From the NCBI GenBank assembly GCA_000934665.2, contig JYFJ02002467.1, positions 1-56,416 of the forward strand: a stretch of DNA of 56,416 nt. Reading direction: 5' to 3'. The position numbers were made by a program, and so were the translations under genes. This stretch comes from Catajapyx aquilonaris (lineage: Eukaryota). This document shows, piece by piece, positions 39,888 through 50,200 of the stretch. Each line of letters starts with the position of its first letter. Position 1 is the first letter of the stretch. A model generated the notes under the pieces. It made no database searches. It worked only from the letters and a program-made list of their open reading frames with translations, and was not told the DNA's origin.

Positions 39888-39905
39888 CCGGAAATCCTTC
39901 GCTTT
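39888..39905 (-). CDS. spen: Candidate 18-nt spen microexon, AAAGCGAAGGATTTCCGG, adding (G)KRRIS(G)
   Basis: Minus strand reads CTAATGTTTTGTTTATTAG|AAAGCGAAGGATTTCCGG|GTAAGT: branch-point-like CTAAT, U-rich tract, TAG acceptor and consensus donor. Phase 2-2, stop-free, 646 nt downstream of exon 2. Confidence 0.6.
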
Positions 39906-40551
39906 CTAATAAACAAAACATTAGACAACTCATCCCCCTGGTCGCGCTTACTTTTTCTTTCCGTCAGTGAACAACAAAAAAAAAATCCGCACACAGACAC
40001 ACCAAGTAAAAGCTCCTAATGCTCGCAAAAAAGGGTCCTACACCACGAAATCAAAACCGCACTTCCGCTCCCATCACTATCCTGCAAGATCCTGGCATGG
40101 TAAACAGGGCACTGTCGTCATTCCGTCACTTTTTTCCGCCGCATCCTCTTGACATAATAGTATGCACTGCCACACTATGACACACATCCAAAGAGGCTTA
40201 AAAACCACATCACAACGACACATCAACTCCTGGGAGGGGATCCACAACATATCTGGGGCCTCACAGCACCACTATAAGCCACGGTATTCCATCCAATGAT
40301 CCATCCATGGGCACACTTTATAAGAGCATAGGAACAACCCTCCTGGGCACTGTGACACTGATCACCAGAGAGCACTTTTTCGTCACCGACACTTTAGGAG
40401 CGGCACAAGAACCAAAGAAACCGACCACTGGTAATCCGCTGGGGGGTTCGACACACAAACACCTAAAACACCATACCTTGGAACCTAACACACGTGCACA
40501 CACTCACACACACCGTAAGAGAACCAACCCTAGGGTGAGGAGGAAACTTAC

Positions 40552-40839
40552 CCATGAGAATATCGAGCAGCACGAGTGGGATAGACGGTGGCTCCTGCGG
40601 TCCCACCCGTACCGCCGGATCGCAAGAGATCGTCCCGTTCGTGGATGTGGATGGTGGTTCCACTGGTGGTCGGGGTCACCGGTTCATAATAGTCCGTCTT
40701 CAAAGTTCTCTCCTCGATCTTATTGTCCGCGTTGTGGGCCTTAGCTGCCGATTTGATGTCCATGAAAGCCACCGTCGCACACAGACCCGCTTCGTCCTCC
40801 TGCTTCGGGAGCAGCTTGACACTTTGCACCCGCCCATAC
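40552..40839 (-). CDS. spen: spen coding exon 2 (288 nt): remainder of RRM1, YGRVQSVKLLPKQEDEAGLCATVAFMDIKSAAKAHNADNKIEERTLKTDYYEP...RYSH(G)
   Basis: Acceptor CACAG| at 40840, donor GG|GTAAGT at 40552/40551. Phase 2 matches exon 1 (CG|G=Arg). Clear similarity to SPEN RRM1 (YGRV.SVK.LP, F.DIKSA.KAH, TDY.EP). Lies within track ORF 40548..40898. Confidence 0.96.
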
Positions 40840-43800
40840 CTGTGCACCAACGAAGGAAAACAACAGGTTACATCTCGTAAACTATGCCCAACACACACAA
40901 ATATTATGCAAACACATTTCCCATGAGAACCTACAGTAGGCTATATGTGCAAGTGATCAATATACACCGTTACTTCATCATTCATCACACTTACATGCCA
41001 CGGTATTGTTGTACCGTAACTTATAAATTATTTTGACTGTAGTTGGTAGCTTTTACTTGATTGATGGCTATCTCTGTTGACTGTGAAGCAATATGCCGAA
41101 TCATTCCAGGATACTACCGTTTCTGCATACGTCCAGCACATCTTGCATATGGTGCTTTTGTTGAATTATGGTCATGCGACTTTGATGTCCTTGTTTCTGC
41201 TCGAAACTTCCTACGCGGAAGCTGCTGTGGGCAAAACCCCCCCGTCTCTCTCTCTTTTTTGCAGAAGGCCACGTAAAATATGCCGTCCCTCCTTTTCCAC
41301 AATACTCCTGGCACATGTGCAAATCCCACGCGCGATTTCGTCAGGGACGTACCTTTCGATGCAACACACATTAAGTCACATGACTCTCTCCCCCCTCATC
41401 TGATAGCGCCGAGCCAGAAAAATAAAAATACAATTCAAGGTAAAGTTTCTTTGCATGCTCTCCTGGCATCATCACCCACCATTACCACGGTTAAAAATAC
41501 ACGTCACGTGTCAGGCCTACTCATTGTGGAACCATCACAACAGTGAAACGCGCGAAAAAAAATGTTCATTCCGTTTACAGTGTTCATCAAACCGTCCCAG
41601 AGTTTCACCCCAGGCCTGGTTATTACAATCCATATCTGCAGAGCAAAGAACAGGGCAGAACGGTAACCCTTGTTCCATTGCGCAAATTTATTCAGAGATC
41701 CCGCTCTAATTGCCTCGGCACAAGTGCAAATAACCGCCTTTTGGTCCCCGTTTTTTTTTTTTTTTTTTTTTTTTTACAAAAAGTTATCTGAGCCTGATAA
41801 CAATTGGCTGATACGAGCAGCAGATGGGCCAGTACTGCATCCACGAGATGGCCCGGTCTCAATATTTGCTCGTGATGTGCAAAAAGCCTCGGCCACACAA
41901 AATGCCTCGCCCTACAAAACATGGGTCCCAGGCTGGTAATTAACCAGCACTGTAGGTTCAACAACCATCCACCTGTCATAACATGGGAAACTGGTGGAAT
42001 CATAATCAAAGGGTTGTATCAGAGTTAATGACATGTCTCGGGATTAACTCCATCCCTTCCTCGCAGCCATCCAAAGAAGAAGAGCTGTCCAATAAGCCCA
42101 AGTCCCTTGGAGCCCTTCTGGGGCCGACAACTGGTTTCTTTTCGCCAGTTCATGCTAGGCCCCCAAGTCCACGTTCCAATGCTCCGCCACCTTTCTCGTT
42201 CTACCTGACTTACCTGTTCCACTCGTGGAACTAACCAGAGAAGGGGGGAAAAAACAGCAAAAGGTAAAAATCCTCCCTTCTCAAGGAGCTGTTGCGTGGA
42301 AGATGGCTCACGTACACTCAGGATCAAAAATGGTCGCATTTATGAACACTCAGAATGAGAAATTGTGGCAGTCGTGTACAGTCGGGATCAAAAAATTTAT
42401 TGCAAGCATTTCCCCTGTGGAACAAAGACCTGCAGATGGACCCAGGGGTCACTCGAGGCTACATCTGGCCGGCGGAACCTAAAAACCACCCCTATTATCT
42501 ACATGGCGTCAGTTCCGTCCCCCGTTCTTTTGTCCCCCCCACACATCAATACTCCAGGTGTGGTGTTGCCCCCGCTTCAAACATGTCAACACAATACCAC
42601 CCCCCCNCTCCCCCCTTGCCAAAAAAAAAAAAGGTGTGGATATAAAAGCGGTTTGAAACAAAGTGTCCCATTGCATTCCTCCTCGGCATCTGCCCAACCG
42701 TTCATAAAATCGGCCAAATTAGACATAATGCGCGAGGCACATGGCCCCTGCCGTCCTTTGTGTGCAAACGCCCTGTATGTTAATACACCCCACTTGGGGA
42801 CCCGGGTTTTATGCGGAAAACGGAATTGAATTAGGCAATTTTTTTGTGTGTGTATGTGTGTGTGTGCGCCCCCCACTGCCTATAGAATCGGTAGGGGCCT
42901 TGGCCATATCAAATGCAACCCTCCCTTCCACCTCCATCTAACAAATCCGACCAATGGCGAGGCTCCAACGCGGCAGTTATCCTTCCACCTGGCAACACGC
43001 CAGAGTCACGCGGGGGAACGCCTTCCTCATCCATGATGGCCGCCAACGCCTCCCCACCACCACCACCACTCCCCCTTGCAACCTTTTTATAAATTTTTGG
43101 GTCGATGACAACACTGCGGAGCTCTCTCATTGGCCAACTCCAGAGCGTATGCGCAGTCTGCCAGAAGCGGCCTCGACTACAGTTCTTTGTTAGCTGGCGA
43201 GTTCGGCTGGTGGGCAAATATTTCCTTCCCCAGTCCCACATCTTTGAAAATTCCCTCCCTTCTGGTATAACACACCCACACACACAGTTTTACAAACGGA
43301 GTGCACATTACACATGGATACACTGAATAAACTGTGCTTTTTTGATCACTGTGTGGCCCCCCCACTGTGTCGGATCGGAACCAAGGAGAACCCGCCAGCA
43401 AGGTATTAAGCCCTGGGTTTAACCCCGTGTGGTATTTCCGCCCCACCCCCTGATGCCATAGGGTTATTTTCAGTGCACCGCATTTTTTCGACAGGGAGGC
43501 GCAGTGTTGCCTTGTGTATTAACACCCCCCCCCCCTGATAATTCATCCAGGTGCATCTCCCCCCAATCCGGCAACACCGCCCCACTCTCTAACACCCAAT
43601 CGATAAGAAGTGGAGGACGGTGCGGGATAGCGGGGGGTGTACGGCGGAGGCTATCTGATGCCTTGCATCATTCAGTGGGGAGCCTCATGGGAAAAATGCC
43701 CAAGTCGTTGCCATGGCTTCCAATGACGTCAAAAGGGACTCTCCCCGGCCACGCCACCTCTTCTCTCTCTACAACTACTCTCCTCTCTGGCGTCTCTCAG

Positions 43801-46800
43801 ATAGGGAAAAGGTTTCCAGCCCAAACGACGCACCGAGGCCACGTTTGTCCTGTATAGTGAAGGCTGCACAAGACAGCTCCTCCTCCCTTTTACATGATTC
43901 ACCCATCGGCGGGAGGCATTCTTTCCATTAAAATTGTATTACATTCCTTTTTCCAGCCAGACCTCCCATGAACCTAGGGGCGCCACCCTGACAGAATTTA
44001 GAGAAGGGGAAAAAAAATGTTGCTAGCCAAACCTGTAGATGTACAAGAAAGAAAAAAAAAACCACCCCTATTCAAAATTCAGAAAGAAGCGGAAATAACT
44101 GTCTCCTCAGGAAGTTGGCATCCTGTTTTGGTGCGCGGAAAATTACATTTCCTAACGTTTTTTTACCCTCTCTCTCCCTGAAATAAAAAAATATAACGCA
44201 CATAAAAAAACCGGTGTTGTTTCAGTAAGGTTGGTTTCCCTGGGCAGCTCAACGCTCGCCCTTCAACCGCGCTTGGGTCCATCGCCTCCGCTTGGCAAAC
44301 GATTATTCTCGCCTAGTAGGTCTAGCCATGATTGCCTCTCTGCCCCGGGGCTAGTTTCTCCTCTATTTCTCCTTGGGCAAATCAAGACCACCCCCCCGAC
44401 GGCAATATGGCAACACTGCTGAATTTTCGCGATGAACAATGGGGAAGGATATTTGCTACACCTGCAGTGCTCCGGATGTGAATGAATTTTGCATATTTTG
44501 CCATGGAAAATGTTTTAACAAAATATTTTACACCTACACAACTGTATAAGCCTCGGATTACAGCACACATTAGCAAACACCGCCATCAAAATTTTTTGAC
44601 TTTCTCTTTTCGGTACACTGTCACATATGCTGCCAACTCTCCCATATATATTTTTTTCTACCTGGGTCACTCACCTGGTGTGGCCAATAATTTTTTAATG
44701 TCATTGACAACCCCTAATGCCCACCCACCAACTGTAAAGCCAGACAGGAGGATGTTACATATGGTGCAGGGTTGGAAATAACTGGATGAGAATTTACTGC
44801 CAGGAAAAGAGCCGAATACGGAATTATCCCATCGACTTACTTTCACCTCCCGTGGGTTCCGTATTTTCACTTTTGATGAACGCACGACTGCCAACCCAAA
44901 CGAGGGTGGATCCACCTTATTAAGTGCAGTGCTATACTGGAAACTTTTTTTTCTCTCTCTCTCTCTCTATCCATACAACCTAGGAGGTGAAACCTGACTG
45001 ACCAAAAACATTGTTTTTGATATGACAACTTTCCGCTCTCGAAAAACTTTAAACTTCCTAGCTAGACCCACCCGCCCATGAAGTGTAACCTAAAGTCAAA
45101 AGGTGCCATTACGACGCACCAGGTTTGCCAACTCTACGTTGGTACGCCCTCCCCCGAAAGAAAAAAAAGCAATGCTCTGAAAAATCCTGGAGATTGCGAG
45201 TCCAGGTAAAGCCATGGGGTGCACGCAACGCAGGGCAAAAACCAAGCATCCAAAAACCTCCCCAACGCCAAGCAAGCGTTCCACCAGTCCCAAAAGGAGA
45301 GCCATAAATCTGCGCCCCCAACAACTGCGTCTGAAAAGGGAGGAGTCAGCACGCCAGGGGAATACCAGCTGCCAGGACAGACCAACCGAGCTCCCTATTT
45401 TTTTTTTCCTACAATTTTTTTAAGGTAGCTTGAGTGTTATCTCTACGAGAAAAAAATGGGCCAGCCCCCTTCCTGAGGAACCTGTTCTATGCAGGTTTGT
45501 CAGCTGATGACCAAAAACTGGCTCTTTGTCGAATATGCGTGACTAGCCCGGCCGACTCCGGGGTTGTCACAAAAATCCTGCATATCTGAGTGCATTAGTC
45601 TCTCCTGGATTTTTTTTCCCCCCCACCCAATACTCGAAGCATATCCAGATGCCACCCCTTCTACTTTTTGGCGTATCTAAAGCGCGGGAGGGGAGGGTCA
45701 TGCACGGCTGCTTGCGAAACGTGAGGCCAGACCCCGTAGTTGCAGAACAGGAAAAGTAACAGGTTGCACTTCTACGAATAAGGGTACCCCCAAGTAGACG
45801 ATGCCCACTTGTCACCTGCTGCCAAGGACGCTCCTTTTCCCACGCTAACTCTCAAACTCAGGGGTACCAACGCCTATGGTTATTACTCGGGGAGTTATTT
45901 TTGTGCAGAAACTTGAAACAGGGTTCTCCCCGCCCGCTCCCATCATTACGGCGTTGGCTTGGAGACGGGGGTATACATATACACACAAGGCGGAAGTCGT
46001 ACAGTGCCACGTAGTAAACAAGAGTATGGCACCACGTGGTTATGGGCCTTTCTGCCAGCCTAAATTGCTTCGAGCTGGCAACATGGCACTGGGGGTAGCT
46101 AGGTGATCGTTGTAAAGAGGATCCTGAGGGAGGGGCCCGGCCTAGGCCAGAAGTAGGCCTATCCTGCGTTTTAGATCAATGCCAGCAAACGCCAACATTG
46201 TGGAAACTACCAAGAATTTGCATGATTTAATGAAGAAATTTGCAGGTGGCAGTATGATCAAGATGGCAATGAAATGTCTTGGGTCGTTGGTTGCCAGGAT
46301 ACATGTGTGTCGCATTTTTCCAGTTAATGATTAGCGGGGAACGCCTGGTATATATGCGAAGAGCAAGTGTATTGACGTTTCGGGCGTGGTCAATAAAACG
46401 CGCCATATTTTAATAACATTTCCCCATCTTACTTGACACACGATGCCCCGCACGATGCACGCCCAAAGATTATACAACACTTCACTTAAAGCCAAACATG
46501 AGCTACTTGCTAGAGGCTGAAGAAGAGAGAGAGGTCAGAGTAATTTTTCTCTCCGGTGACTTCATTACGGGATATCTTACACGGCCATCAGGTCAGGCCA
46601 AGTCAACAAAAAAACGACAGGGGTAGGCTGCAACATATACAGACGGGCTGAATATGTATCGAGCAAAGATCGATGCGTAATGCCAGTTCTCTGAAGTTGT
46701 AAAATAACATTCGACGATGACCTGCACATGCATACAAAACGCGAGCTAACTGTACTGGACAAATCAGAATTTCAAATTACCAACTCCCCGAGACTTCCTG

Positions 46801-47059
46801 ACTTGTTCAAGGCTTCGTCCTTATCTATGGGTCTCACATTTTGTACCCGACTGTTCCTACACCTCCTACAATAATTATTCCCCTCTTCTTCCATCCAAAA
46901 ATAAAAAGGTGTGGCCCTCCTAATCACGAAACCTTCTCTTTAAAAAAAATTTTAATTCCCACACTCGATATTAACAAAACCCGACGCATCTCAAGTACAA
47001 AAGCAGCTGAGACTGATCAATGTGCAGAAACGAAGCTGCGTGGAATCCGCAGCGCATTC

Positions 47060-47063
<4 letters not shown>

Positions 47064-47095
<32 letters not shown>
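47064..47095. repeat. (CT)16 microsatellite; (GA)n on the spen sense strand
   Basis: Read directly from the sequence. Confidence 0.95.
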
Positions 47096-47097
<2 letters not shown>

Positions 47098-47189
47098 CAT
47101 TGCCAAAAAGGCCCGGGGTTTTGCAGAGGGGTTGAGCTGAGGCTGAGAGGAGGGGGGGCCACAGCTGCATGGCGGCTGCTGCAGTTTTG

Positions 47190-47195
<6 letters not shown>

Positions 47196-47249
<54 letters not shown>
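47196..47249. repeat. (CT)27 microsatellite; (GA)n on the spen sense strand
   Basis: Read directly from the sequence. Confidence 0.95.
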
Positions 47250-47250
<1 letters not shown>

Positions 47251-50200
47251 GAACTTGCGGATCGATTTTCCATTACGGGCCCAATGCCAGCTCGGACCTT
47301 CGAGAATTATTGATCGACACCTTTTAGTAGAGGGGGGGCTGCGCTGGCCCCCGGACTGGAAAGTTGGGGGAGGGTATGCCAGCCAGCCCCCAGCAGGGAC
47401 GGGGAATATTTCAGGGTGTGACGTAGTAGTAAAGGGGTCCACGCTCTCCAGCCATGTTGCCCACAACCAGGGGCGGGAAAAAGACCCCCACATCCACCCC
47501 CTACGACCCATTGACTGTGATCATGCTCGCCTTGAATTGGCCAATTTCTACACCATTTTCTCTGTCCACCCGGCCTCTAGGTCAGGGGCAAAAATGGTAC
47601 CCCCCCCCCCTAACCCCAAGGGGGTTTGCCTGTCAAGTAAGAGCGCAAAGTCGATTGCATGTCAGCAATGTGAGTTATTACGCGCATCGAGTGGTTTACC
47701 CCGGCTAAACACCAATATGCCATCTTGTCTGACAAGGCCGCAACCACCGTGTGTTTGTCAGGTCTTTTCGAGAACCCTCCCAAACTTCTTTTTTTTTTCC
47801 AACGAGGGTACCACTCCGTGTCGGACTATCGCGGGTGCCAATGCCCTTCGATTGTGTTTTCCACGCCAATCAAATGCCAATGAACTTTCCACATTTGGTA
47901 CCTTCTGTCTCTGCAACAAACATGGCAGTCACCCGTTTCTAGCATACACACACCCCTAGAGAGCAGCTCCTTCCACCCCCTCACCCCCAAGCCCAACATC
48001 CTCCCCAGACCCCACCCTAAAACCCCACCCAGCCTCCTGCACCCACCCCAAAGAGACATGCGCCCTCCCAAACACCATCCCCCAAAACCAGCCCCAGCAG
48101 GCGCTCCTCTGGGCCGGAAAACCGGCAGACATTCAAGTGTTTACCTCCAACCCCACCCATCCACCCCCAAGCTCACTAATAAAACTGGCGACAACTGCCA
48201 ACATACTTTATTAGCCTGGCGATATTCCCTAAAAGTTGGGCCATAAAAGGGCATGTCGCGGGGAATGTCACTTCGCCAAAAGAAGGACTCATCCCCCCCC
48301 CCCTCCCCTCCCAAAATTTTCCTCCTTTTAATGTGATATACGGCGGGAAGTTGGTGCCGCATAATCCTTGGAAAACCGGCTTCACTTTAAAACTGACGCA
48401 GGGTAACGGCATCTAGCCCCGACGAAATTCAGAGTTCACAACCGAACCGTCCCATACTATGCTGGAGGGAGTCACACACACCCAGATCAAATATATGTGT
48501 ATATCCAGCCTTATGTTGCATAACTATTTGGCTAAGTCCCAACTGGTATTGAGTCACGAGTTTTTGCTCCCTCCTCAAAAAAGCTCGGCAGATATCTCTC
48601 AATGCAAAATTTGGTTGAGATTGGTGGCAACCCTGCGACTTGAGTTCACCTGCCAAGCCTCAAACGGCGCCAAATTCCAGCATTGTTGCTGCACAACAAA
48701 GGCTCCCAAAATTTCGGATGCATTATTCATGGCGCAGCTTCCAGGGGAAACCCTCGCAAAAGGGCGCTTCCCCCCTCACCTCATCAGCCAGATTTAATTG
48801 TGTCGCCGGCTTACTTAAGACGACAGGGGCCAAGTCACCTGCCAACCCCTATCATTTCGCCAGCAACCTTGACGAAACTAGTAAAAGACGCAAACCTCTT
48901 CAGTGTATAAAAAATACGAGGGACATAACATTACATCACATCTACAAGAGAAACTGGTGAACGGCGACGAAATGAATCCAGCGGTGATATCTCCCTGTTA
49001 CATCACCATCACCTGTGCTGATGGGTAGGAATAAACAGCGTATGACGAGGCCATGGAGAGTTATTACCCAAGTTTTTCAAGGGCTCCCTGTGTTGCATTC
49101 GTCTTTTACTATACGACAGCAATTCGGTTGGATTTGCACACACCCCAACAACAACAACCAAACTGGTTAAAATTGCGCAGCGCAACACGGCAAAATGTCC
49201 TCTGCCTGCGTATACAAACATCTGGCCAGATAATTCAGACAAGTCACGCACACGTTACAAGTCATACTGCAGATATTCTCATTTTCTGAATATTCTCATT
49301 TTTATGAACCTTGAGATATTATGGGCGCGAACAATGCGCTATCACGGCCAGGTACAGTCATCATCTAACTTTATTTTCACTTCCATTCTAGTGCGGTCCA
49401 GTTTTATTCGCGTTCGTTCAAAGGGTAACTCGCCGTTTAAATTTAGATCGCGTACTATCGGAAGTCAGTCATGTCCGCATTCAATTTTGAGCAGGGGATA
49501 AAAGCATGTGACAGACTTTACCGTGACCCCCTTCCCCATGCCAATCCCTTACGTAAGACCGCCTATCACAGGCAGTCCAAAAAATTAAAACCGGTGCACT
49601 CCAAAAAATTAACGCCCTGACTGATTCACGTACCAATTACACACATTCTAACTGACAGTTCGCCTCCATAATCAAAAAGCCCGGTGAACGGTCCACGTCC
49701 GTCAGTTGACCTCACATGTAAGTGCTGACAATGCAGTTAATAGGTGGTGTTGAATACCAGACGACCTCAGTACCTATGTGGGGGACCACCTAACTCCAAA
49801 TTCCAGTGCCAACCTCCCTGACTAATAAGTGCTGATGCAGACCCCCTTTCCTCAGCACCACACGCAACTCAACATGTCAACATTCACCTACAGTCCTACA
49901 CCCTCTGACGATAAGTCAACCCAATTTCCAAACAAATTTGTTTATGTCCTTGGCCAGAAAATTGCAACCGTACAAGCCGATTACTTCTATGCATAAGGTA
50001 GCAGACCTGAAGTTCAAAATAACCTGGCGCTGGTGTAGTCTCCAGGGCAGCCTGGTGGACGATTACTGAAGGTGCCTCTCTTTGAGGCTATTTTCAGCTT
50101 CAGATCTGCTACCTTACTCCTGGAAATGACTACACCATTTTATTATTAATTCAGCGTCTCCCATCCGTAGTTGCTAGATATTGATGCCCGTTATATAAGA

